A stretch of 64,000 nt of DNA. Source: Trypanosoma brucei. Lineage: Eukaryota. The stretch spans positions 1,024,001 through 1,088,000 of the forward strand of contig AE017150.2 of assembly GCA_000002445.1 (NCBI GenBank), in the 5' to 3' direction. A program made the position numbers and the translations under genes. Positions 33,534-43,000 of this stretch are shown piece by piece. The number at the start of each line of letters is the position of its first letter. Within the stretch, counting starts at the first letter, position 1. The notes below the pieces were generated by a model. The model was not told where the DNA came from, made no database searches, and saw nothing but the letters and a program-made list of their open reading frames with translations.

Positions 33534-34457
33534 ATGACGACCGCTTCTGTGAGTCAGAGTTGTTTCCCCATAATGAGTTTCTTACACGTGCCGGGAAAGA
33601 TGTCACAGCCTTTGTGGCTTATGATGGGAACCGCTTTCCTAGTGAATGTATCTCGTAGGACTGGGACGGCAGCGTGTCCTTTTGGTAGTGCAGATGCTTC
33701 CGATGGTGTTGACAGCTCTGCGCACAAGAGGAGGCGTTTCCTCCTCACAGCCAAACACACTTTTGTGCCGTGGCAGTTCACGGACCCGCAGAGGCTGAAG
33801 GTTCCTGAGGAGTATCGTCGAACGCGCTTCGTTATTGGTCGTCTTTATATCCCGGACAGTGAAGGGAAGGCTGTGGCCTCTCTGTCTGTTGACTTGAAGT
33901 TGGTGGCCATGCACCCTACTGCTGATGTTGCGGTACTAGTTGCGAAGGTTCCAACATCGGTAGCGTCGGATGCCGCGGGCACTGCTTCGAGGTCGGCCGT
34001 AAGTGAAAGGTTTGACGCACACGCCGAGCTGGAGAGGCGGGCGAATGCGGTTGGTGGTGGATTAACGTTGGCACCTGAGGACCCCCAGAAGGGCAGCGTG
34101 TGTTCCATTGCAGGATACCGTGGTACAGGCCTGCTGGGCAAATTGGACACCTTTGACCCTGATCTGTTAGATCGGTTATCGGAGACCGAGCGTGGGCAGC
34201 TTCTTTCTTCTTTACGGTGCGTGGAGGGACAGCAAGAAGCCGCAGTGGCTCGTGTTAAGATATTCCACTCAAAGGGTATGTGCCGTGCAGAGGAGGGAAG
34301 TTGTTTTCACGGCATGTCAGGGGCTCCAGTGTTGACAGATGAGAAAACATGTGGTGGTGTCTTGTACGGCAAACACCCGGATGATGCCAACAGCGTGGGG
34401 TACGTTCCCGTGCGAAGCTTTGATGGCTTCGTTTGGGACTCAGTGATTGGGAAGTGA
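33534..34457 (+). CDS. Trypsin-fold (S1-like) serine peptidase-like protein
   Basis: Candidate catalytic triad in the correct order and spacing: LTAKHTF (compare TAAHC), ADVAVLV (compare DIALL), and HGMSGAPV (compare GDSGGP). Confidence 0.45.
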   Translation: MTTASVSQSCFPIMSFLHVPGKMSQPLWLMMGTAFLVNVSRRTGTAACPFGSADASDGVDSSAHKRRRFLLTAKHTFVPWQFTDPQRLKVPEEYRRTRFVIGRLYIPDSEGKAVASLSVDLKLVAMHPTADVAVLVAKVPTSVASDAAGTASRSAVSERFDAHAELERRANAVGGGLTLAPEDPQKGSVCSIAGYRGTGLLGKLDTFDPDLLDRLSETERGQLLSSLRCVEGQQEAAVARVKIFHSKGMCRAEEGSCFHGMSGAPVLTDEKTCGGVLYGKHPDDANSVGYVPVRSFDGFVWDSVIGK

Positions 34458-34747
34458 TGGATTCATGGGGTTGTTTCACCCTTCATTTGTTCCCTCCTTT
34501 AACGCTCATCCTCGCAGAGCCGCCCGTCCGTTTGCGTGCGTACCTCGCCCTTACGGATGTACGTGAGGCGGCACCGTCGTCATATTGTTTTGTCTTCGTC
34601 TTGAGCGTGCCTCTTCCCCCGTTGTTCCCGCCTGCTTATCTTCAAATAACACCCTCAGCCATTCGTTAGAACCCCATTTTTTTCCTTTAGTCACCCTTGG
34701 GTTTTGGTTCAATTGTTCAAAAAAGGCACGGTAGGTACACTCAATAT

Positions 34748-35083
34748 ATGTCTGGTGAGGAACCCACTAAATTGCAGCGAACAGAGTCTGGTGCGAGGGT
34801 GATCAAAACCAAAGAATTTCTTCGTACCAGCGTCGCCGAGGGCCCTTTCTGTCTCCTCGACAGTGCTGTGAAGAATGGAACACGCGTGTTCATCCAGTCC
34901 CGCTACAACAAGTCCCTCGTCGCAACCGTCGTTGCCTTCGACAAACACTTTAACCTCGTGTTGCGGGATGCCGTGGAGTTAACAATGGTCAACAATGAGC
35001 AGAAAGAGCGCTCCATTCGGAACATGTTCTTGCGTGGCGCCTCTGTGGTGTTCATCGTGAGGTTGCCGCAGAGCACTGTATAG
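34748..35083 (+). CDS. SmD2: Small nuclear ribonucleoprotein SmD2
   Basis: The Sm1/Sm2 motifs align closely with human SmD2. Ours reads GPFCLLDSAVKNGTRVFIQSRYNKSLVATVVAFDKHFNLVLRDAVE...RSIRNMFLRGASVVFIV. Human reads [46 protein letters not shown]...RYISKMFLRGDSVIVVL. The start is at the first ATG (MSGEEPTK...). Confidence 0.8.
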   Translation: MSGEEPTKLQRTESGARVIKTKEFLRTSVAEGPFCLLDSAVKNGTRVFIQSRYNKSLVATVVAFDKHFNLVLRDAVELTMVNNEQKERSIRNMFLRGASVVFIVRLPQSTV

Positions 35084-35595
35084 TGGCACTGCGGCACTTG
35101 TGGGGGCGAAAATACAATACGCAGCAGCGCAGTTGCGGGAAAACGATTGTATTGAACATGGTTGTTTTTGAGTTTCTTGTTGTCGCTGCTTCGTTGTTCA
35201 TTTTTTCTTTTTCGGTGTGCTCGGCTATTCGCACCGCATTCCCCCCACAGTGTTAAGAAGCCGTGGGGGCCGTTTAGGATGCGGTGTCAAAATTTATTGT
35301 AAAAGCGGTGCGTACCTGTGTAAGAGAGAATCGTTCAACAGTTCTTCTTTTTCTTTGCGGGACGAGTTTCTCCTTCTTCACTCCGTACTCGTGGACATAA
35401 GCTAAATCCCACTTATACAGTTGCCTTTTCTTCTTACCGTTCTGCCACTACACATTTGTTTCTTACCGTAGGGAGGAATACCTTTTTGTTCTTGGCAGAC
35501 AAAAGGGACCAAACAAACAAGAGGTTAACTAGGGAACGGGTATATATATATACATATATTGATTTTTTTGCTCTACATAAATAAGAATTTATACA

Positions 35596-38500
35596 ATGGT
35601 TGCCACGGAACAATCAAGAAGAGGACAAGATCCGTGTGGAGATGTAACCGACATACGAAAACCCTCCTCAATAGAGGCAGCGGAGCCTTCAGACTATTCG
35701 TCAAGCTCAGGCAATAGAGGTGAGGGCGGACGCGAATCTCGGGGTATTTGGGCATTCAAACGTGCATCATTAGTTTCGGTACCACAAACTCCCAAAACAC
35801 ATCAAGCTAGCTGGTCAACGAGCAATAGAGAAGGAAGAGGAGGAGGAAACAGACATCGTGTGTCATGGCACCAACATCTCGATCCCCATCCTAACACAGG
35901 AGCTTCGGTAGATGATGGAGCAACTTTCTGGAAAGTTCCTCGTAAAGTTTCTGAGGATCCTGAAGATAATATGTCGACTACACACTCAATTTCCACGAGT
36001 GTATCGGATCCAGTCTCCCCATCAGCAGCAAATGTGGTAGTCAAGTCTGCGACCGCCGAAAATATTTGTGTTGGAGCTTCAACCGACGGGGAAATGAAAG
36101 CAATGCCTCACAGTATGCTGCTTGATGGGGAAGTGTGGGAGTACATATATCTTAGAAAATCGTCAGAACTGCGGGATGCCTTTGCTTCTGATATTGGCGA
36201 TGTGTTAGGTTTTCCTTTTTCGACACCCATTGAGTTTACACCCACAAGAACTGGAATATTAGCGCACTGCACATTACTGTATCCTGAGACCATGAAAACT
36301 GAAGAGCTATACGAGAGGTTATCGCGAGACAAATTTCCCGCGATGAGAAGACTATATCAAACAGCAAAACGAGAGCACATGATAACAAGTTGCTCGACGA
36401 TGTACACCACGAACATTTCTGACAGGCCCATAAGTCCATCGCCGGAAGATATGGACGGACGCCGAGGCAGCATGCAAATGATGTCTTCTGCAACTAGTAC
36501 AAACCATAAACCTGAAGAATATTGTCTGTCAAAAAGGGAAGAAAGTAGAGATGCAACAAAAGAAGATGCGACGGGAATGGACACCGAATCGCAAGAAATT
36601 CATTATAGTCGTTTCACCGAACGGTCTATGAGTCGCATATCCATGGTTCCTGCTGATATCCGTGAGGCTGGTATGTCTAAGAGCCATGTTGTGACATCGC
36701 GTGCAGCCAGTCCCAGATGTGCCAAATGTCTTGATCAGTCTATGAGTCACATATCCATGGTTCCTGCTGATGTCCGTGAGGCTGGTATGTCTAAGAGCCA
36801 TGTTGAGCCATCGCGTGCAGCCAGTCCCAGATGTGCCAAATGTCTTGATCAGTCTATGAGTCGTATATCCATGGTTCCTGCTGATATCCGTGAGGCTGGT
36901 ATGTCTAAGAGCCATGTTGTGACATCGCGTGCAGCCAGTCCCAGATGTGCCAAATGTCTTGATCAGTCTATGAGTCACATATCCATGGTTCCTGCTGATA
37001 TCCGTGAGGCTGGTATGTCTAAGAGTGAGGTTGAACCATCTTTAGCAGCCAGTCTGAAATGTGGCAAATGTCTTGATCAGTCTATGAGTCGCATATCCAC
37101 ATTGCCTGCTGATATCCGTGAGGCTGGTATGTCTAAGAGCCATGTTGTGACATCGCGTGCAGCCAGTCCCAGATGTGCCAAATGTCTTGATCAGTCTATG
37201 AGTCGCCCATCCACATTGCCTGCTGATATCCGTGAGGCTGGTATGTCTAAGAGCCATGTTGTGACATCGCGTGCAGCCAGTCCCAGATGTGCCAAATGTC
37301 TTGATCAGTCTATGAGTCGCCAATCGACATTGCCTGCTGATATCCGTGAGGCTGGTATGTCTAAGAGTGAGGTTGAGCCATCTTTAGCAGCCAGTCTGAA
37401 ATGTGGCAAATGTCTTGATCAGTCTATGAGTCGCATATCTATGATGCCTGCTGATGTCCGTGAGGCTGGTATGTCTAAGAGTGAGGTTGAGCCATCTTTA
37501 GCAGCCAGTCTGAAATGTGGCAAGTGTCTTGGTCAGTCTATGAGTCGCATATCTATGATGCCTGCTGATGTCCGTGAGGCTGGTATGTCTAAGAGCCATG
37601 TTGTGACATCGCGTGCAGCCAGTCCCAGATGTGCCAAATGTCTTGATCAGTCTATGAGTCGCATATCTATGATGCCTGCTGATGTCCGTGAGGCTGGTAT
37701 GTCTAAGAGCCATGTTGTGACATCGCGTGCAGCCAGTCCCAGATGTGCCAAATGTCTTGATCAGTCTATGAGTCGCATATCTATGATGCCTGCTGGTGTC
37801 CGTGAGGCTGGTATGTCTAAGAGCCATGTTGTGACATCGCGTGCAGCCAGTCCCAGATGTGCCAAATGTCTTGATCAGTCTATGAGTCGCATATCTATGA
37901 TGCCTGCTGATGTCCGTGAGGCTGGTATGTCTAAGAGCCATGTTGTGACATCGCGTGCAGCCAGTCCCAGATGTGCCAAATGTCTTGATCAGTCTATGAG
38001 TCGCATATCTATGATGCCTGCTGATGTCCGTGAGGCTGGTATGTCTAAGAGCCATGTTGTGACATCGCGTGCAGCCAGTCCCAGATGTGCCAAATGTCTT
38101 GATCAGTCTATGAGTCACATATCCATGGTTCCTGCTGATGTCCGTGAGGCTGGTATGTCTAAGAGCCATGTTGTGACATCGCGTGCAGCCAGTCCCAGAT
38201 GTGCCAAATGTCTTGATCAGTCTATGAGTCACATATCCATGGTTCCTGCTGATGTCCGTGAGGCTGGTATGTCTAAGAGCCATGTTGTGACATCGCGTGC
38301 AGCCAGTCCCAGATGTGCCAAATGTCTTGATCAGTCTATGAGTCGCATATCTATGATGCCTGCTGATGTCCGTGAGGCTGGTATGTCTAAGAGCCATGTT
38401 GTGACATCGCGTGCAGCCAGTCCCAGATGTGCCAAATGTCTTGATCAGTCTATGAGTCGCTCATCCACATTGCCTGCTGATGTCCGTGAGGCTGGTATGT

Positions 38501-39324
38501 CTAAGAGCCATGTAGTGACATCGCGTGCAGCCAGTCCCAGATGTGCCAAATGTCTTGATCAGTCTATGAGTCGCATATCTATGATGCCTGCTGATGTCCG
38601 TGAGGCTGGTATGTCTAAGAGCCATGTTGTGACATCGCGTGCAGCCAGTCCCAGATGTGCCAAATGTCTTGATCAGTCTATGAGTCGCATATCCACATTG
38701 CCTGCTGATATCCGTGAGGCTGGTATGTCTAAGAGCCATGTTGTGACATCGCGTGCAGCCAGTCCCAGATGTGCCAAATGTCTTGATCAGTCTATGAGTC
38801 ACATATCCATGGTTCCTGCTGATGTCCGTGAGGCTGGTATGTCTAAGAGTGAGGTTGAACCATCTTTAGCAGCCAGTCTGAGATGTGCCAAATGTCTTGA
38901 TCAGTCTATGAGTCGCATATCCACATTGCCTGCTGATATCCGTGAGGCTGGTATGTCTAAGAGCCATGTTGTGACATCGCGTGCAGCCAGTCCCAGATGT
39001 GCCAAATGTCTTGATCAGTCTATGAGTCGCATATCTATGATGCCTGCTGATGTCCGTGAGGCTGGTATGTCTAAGAGCCATGTTGTGACATCGCGTGCAG
39101 CCAGTCCCAGATGTGCCAAATGTCTTGATCAGTCTATGAGTCGCATATCCACATTGCCTGCTGATATCCGTGAGGCTGGTATGTCTAAGAGCCATGTTGT
39201 GACATCGCGTGCAGCCAGTCCCAGATGTGCCAAATGTCTTGATCAGTCTATGAGTCACATATCCATGGTTCCTGCTGATGTCCGTGAGGCTGGTATGTCT
39301 AAGAGTGAGGTTGAGCCATCGTGA
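35596..39324 (+). CDS. 38-aa-repeat protein, part 1: unique N-terminus, an NW/AFD-type domain, then about 24 copies of a 38-aa repeat; ends at an in-frame TGA inside a repeat
   Basis: ATG at 35596. The unique region is followed by the domain DGEVWEYIYLRKSSELRDAFASDIGDVLGFPFSTPIEFTPTRTGILAHCTLLYPE...LY, then 114-bp repeats encoding SMSRISMMPADVREAGMSKSHVVTSRAASPRCAKCLDQ. The architecture (more than 50 38-aa repeats) is reminiscent of trypanosome MARP-type microtubule-associated repetitive proteins, but I cannot confirm identity. Confidence 0.6.
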   Translation: MVATEQSRRGQDPCGDVTDIRKPSSIEAAEPSDYSSSSGNRGEGGRESRGIWAFKRASLVSVPQTPKTHQASWSTSNREGRGGGNRHRVSWHQHLDPHPNTGASVDDGATFWKVPRKVSEDPEDNMSTTHSISTSVSDPVSPSAANVVVKSATAENICVGASTDGEMKAMPHSMLLDGEVWEYIYLRKSSELRDAFASDIGDVLGFPFSTPIEFTPTRTGILAHCTLLYPETMKTEELYERLSRDKFPAMRRLYQTAKREHMITSCSTMYTTNISDRPISPSPEDMDGRRGSMQMMSSATSTNHKPEEYCLSKREESRDATKEDATGMDTESQEIHYSRFTERSMSRISMVPADIREAGMSKSHVVTSRAASPRCAKCLDQSMSHISMVPADVREAGMSKSHVEPSRAASPRCAKCLDQSMSRISMVPADIREAGMSKSHVVTSRAASPRCAKCLDQSMSHISMVPADIREAGMSKSEVEPSLAASLKCGKCLDQSMSRISTLPADIREAGMSKSHVVTSRAASPRCAKCLDQSMSRPSTLPADIREAGMSKSHVVTSRAASPRCAKCLDQSMSRQSTLPADIREAGMSKSEVEPSLAASLKCGKCLDQSMSRISMMPADVREAGMSKSEVEPSLAASLKCGKCLGQSMSRISMMPADVREAGMSKSHVVTSRAASPRCAKCLDQSMSRISMMPADVREAGMSKSHVVTSRAASPRCAKCLDQSMSRISMMPAGVREAGMSKSHVVTSRAASPRCAKCLDQSMSRISMMPADVREAGMSKSHVVTSRAASPRCAKCLDQSMSRISMMPADVREAGMSKSHVVTSRAASPRCAKCLDQSMSHISMVPADVREAGMSKSHVVTSRAASPRCAKCLDQSMSHISMVPADVREAGMSKSHVVTSRAASPRCAKCLDQSMSRISMMPADVREAGMSKSHVVTSRAASPRCAKCLDQSMSRSSTLPADVREAGMSKSHVVTSRAASPRCAKCLDQSMSRISMMPADVREAGMSKSHVVTSRAASPRCAKCLDQSMSRISTLPADIREAGMSKSHVVTSRAASPRCAKCLDQSMSHISMVPADVREAGMSKSEVEPSLAASLRCAKCLDQSMSRISTLPADIREAGMSKSHVVTSRAASPRCAKCLDQSMSRISMMPADVREAGMSKSHVVTSRAASPRCAKCLDQSMSRISTLPADIREAGMSKSHVVTSRAASPRCAKCLDQSMSHISMVPADVREAGMSKSEVEPS

Positions 39325-40053
39325 GCAGCCAGTCTGAGATGTGCCAAATGTCTTGATCAGTCTATGAGTCGCATATCCACATTGCCTGCTGATATCCGTG
39401 AGGCTGGTATGTCTAAGAGCCATGTTGTGACATCGCGTGCAGCCAGTCCCAGATGTGCCAAATGTCTTGATCAGTCTATGAGTCGCATATCTATGATGCC
39501 TGCTGATGTCCGTGAGGCTGGTATGTCTAAGAGCCATGTTGTGACATCGCGTGCAGCCAGTCCCAGATGTGCCAAATGTCTTGATCAGTCTATGAGTCGC
39601 ATATCCACATTGCCTGCTGATATCCGTGAGGCTGGTATGTCTAAGAGCCATGTTGTGACATCGCGTGCAGCCAGTCCCAGATGTGCCAAATGTCTTGATC
39701 AGTCTATGAGTCACATATCCATGGTTCCTGCTGATGTCCGTGAGGCTGGTATGTCTAAGAGCCATGTTGTGACATCGCGTGCAGCCAGTCCCAGATGTGC
39801 CAAATGTCTTGATCAGTCTATGAGTCGCTCATCGACATTGCCTGCTGATGTCCGTGAGGCTGGTATGTCTAAGAGTGAGGTTGAACCATCTTTAGCAGCC
39901 AGTCTGAGATGTGCCAAATGTCTTGATCAGTCTATGAGTCGCTCATCGACATTGCCTGATGATGTCCGTGAGGCTGGTATGTCTAAGAGTGAGGTTGAAC
40001 CATCTTTAGCAGCCAGTTCCAGATGTGCCAAATGTCTTGATCAGTCTATGAGT
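36616..40053 (+). repeat. 114-bp tandem repeat array 1, about 30 copies; the SHVVTSRAASPRCAK subfamily predominates
   Basis: tctatgagtcgcatatcc recurs at 114-bp intervals (for example 36625 and 36739). The array reads through the stop at 39322. Confidence 0.9.
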
Positions 40054-43000
40054 GTTGGGTCTGATTTTGTTTCTGTTTTGTTAGTTGGTGGTGTAAATGA
40101 AGTTGGCAACGACCGCTCTGGTTTCCAAAGGAAACGGTACCCCGTGTCGTGGCACAAACATTGTGATGGTCCTTCGCCGTTGCGATCTTTGTGTGATGAT
40201 GGGGCAACTTTCTGGAAAGTTCCTCGTAAAGTTTCTGAGGATCCTGAAGATAATATGTCGACTGCACACTCAATTTCCACGAGTGTATCGGATCCAGTCT
40301 CCCCATCAGCAGTAAATGTGGTGGTAAAGTACAGTGGAGCCGAAAATATTTGTGTTGGAGCTTCAACCGACGGGGAAATGAAAGCAATGCCTCACACCAT
40401 GCTGCTTGATGGGGAAGTGTGGGAGTACATATATCTTAGAAAATCGTCAGAACTGCGGGATGCCTTTGCTTCTGATATTGGCGATGTGTTAGGTTTTCCT
40501 TTTTCGACACCCATTGAGTTTACACCCACAAGAACTGGAATATTAGCGCACTGTACATTACTGTATCCTGAGACCATGAAAACTGAAGAGCTATACGAGA
40601 GGTTATCGCGAGACAAATTTCCCGCGATGAGAAGACTATATCAAACAGCAAAACGAGAGCAGATGATAACAAGTTGCTCGACGATGTACACCACGAACAT
40701 TTGTGACAGGCCCATAAGTCCACCGCCGGAAGATATGGACGGACGCCGAGGCAGCATGCAAATGATGTCTTCTGCAACTAGTACAAACCATAAACCTGAA
40801 GAATATTGTCTGTCAAAAAGGGAAGAAAGAAGAGATGCAACTAAAGAAGATGCGACGGGAATGGACACCGAATCGCAAGAAATTCATTATAGTCGTTTCA
40901 CCGAACGGTCTATGAGTCGCATATCCATGGTTCCTGCTGATGTCCGTGAGGCTGGTATGTCTAAGAGTGAGGTTGAACCATCTTTAGCAGCCAGTCTGAG
41001 ATGTGCCAAATGTCTTGATCAGTCTATGAGTCACATATCTATGATGCCTGCTGATGTCCGTGAGGCTGGTATGTCTAAGAGTGAGGTTGAGCCATCTTTA
41101 GCAGCCAGTCTGAGATGTGCCAAATGTCTTGATCAGTCTATGAGTCGCATATCTATGATGCCTGCTGATGTCCGTGAGGCTGGTATGTCTCAGAGCCAAA
41201 TTGGAACATTACCCGCAACTATTCCCGTTTATTGCCCACAATTGCTTGAGCGCTGTATGAGCTGTGCTTCTACTATACTTGCTGATGTCCGTGAGGCTGG
41301 TATGTCTCAGAGCCAGATTGGAACATTACCCGCAAGTATTCCCGTTTATTGCCCACAATTGCTTGAGCGCTGTATGAGCTGTGCTTCTACTATACTTGCT
41401 GATGTCCGTGAGGCTGGTATGTCTCAGAGCCAGATTGGAACATTACCCGCAACTATTCCCGTTTATTGCCCACAATTGCTTGAGCGCTGTATGAGCTGTG
41501 CTTCTACTATACTTGCTGATGTCCGTGAGGCTGGTATGTCTCAGAGCCAGATTGGAACATTACCCGCAACTATTCCCGTTTATTGCCCACAATTGCTTGA
41601 GCGCTGTATGAGCTGTGCTTCTACTATACTTGCTGATGTCCGTGAGGCTGGTATGTCTAAGAGTGAGGTTGAACCATCTTTAGCAGCCAGTCCCAGATGT
41701 GCCAAATGTCTTGATCAGTCTATGAGTCGCATATCTATGATGCCTGCTGATGTCCGTGAGGCTGGTATGTCTAAGAGTGAGGTTGAACCATCTTTAGCAG
41801 CCAGTCTGAGATGTGGCAAATGTCTTGATCAGTCTATGAGTCGCATATCTATGATGCCTGCTGATATCCGTGAGGCTGGTATGTCTAAGAGTGAGGTTGA
41901 ACCATCTTTAGCAGCCAGTCTGAAATATGGCAAATGTCTTGATCAGTCTATGAGTCGCATATCTATGATGCCTGCTGATGTCCGTGAGGCTGGTATGTCT
42001 AAGAGTGAGGTTGAACCATCTTTAGCAGCCAGTCTGAGATGTGGCAAATGTCTTGATCAGTCTATGAGTCGCATATCTATGATGCCTGCTGATATCCGTG
42101 AGGCTGGTATGTCTAAGAGTGAGGTTGAACCATCTTTAGCAGCCAGTCTGAGATGTGGCAAATGTCTTGATCAGTCTATGAGTCGCATATCTATGATGCC
42201 TGCTGATGTCCGTGAGGCTGGTATGTCTAAGAGTGAGGTTGAACCATCTTTAGCAGCCAGTCTGAGATGTGGCAAATGTCTTGATCAGTCTATGAGTCGC
42301 ATATCTATGATGCCTGCTGATGTCCGTGAGGCTGGTATGTCTAAGAGTGAGGTTGAACCATCTTTAGCAGCCAGTCTGAGATGTGCCAAATGTCTTGATC
42401 AGTCTATGAGTCGCATATCTATGATGCCTGCTGATATCCGTGAGGCTGGTATGTCTAAGAGTGAGGTTGAACCATCTTTAGCAGCCAGTCTGAAATATGG
42501 CAAATGTCTTGATCAGTCTATGAGTCGCATATCTATGATGCCTGCTGATGTCCGTGAGGCTGGTATGTCTAAGAGTGAGGTTGAACCATCTTTAGCAGCC
42601 AGTCTGAGATGTGCCAAATGTCTTGATCAGTCTATGAGTCGCATATCTATGATGCCTGCTGATATCCGTGAGGCTGGTATGTCTAAGAGTGAGGTTGAAC
42701 CATCTTTAGCAGCCAGTCTGAAATATGGCAAATGTCTTGATCAGTCTATGAGTCGCATATCTATGATGCCTGCTGATATCCGTGAGGCTGGTATGTCTAG
42801 GAGTGAGGTTGAACCATCTTTAGCAGCCAGTCTGAAATATGGCAAATGTCTTGATCAGTCTATGAGTCGCATATCTATGATGCCTGCTGATGTCCGTGAG
42901 GCTGGTATGTCTAAGAGTGAGGTTGAACCATCTTTAGCAGCCAGTCTGAAATATGGCAAATGTCTTGATCAGTCTATGAGTCGCATATCTATGATGCCTG

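Noticed and set aside
36529-39765. Long minus-strand ORFs (37498-38397 and 38866-39765, both 299 aa; also 36529-36978) encoding ...HRLIKTFGTSGTGCTRCHNMALRHTSLTDISR...
   Set aside because: They are reverse-complement reading frames of the 114-bp repeat that happen to lack stops. They have the same period as the repeat and no independent start context.
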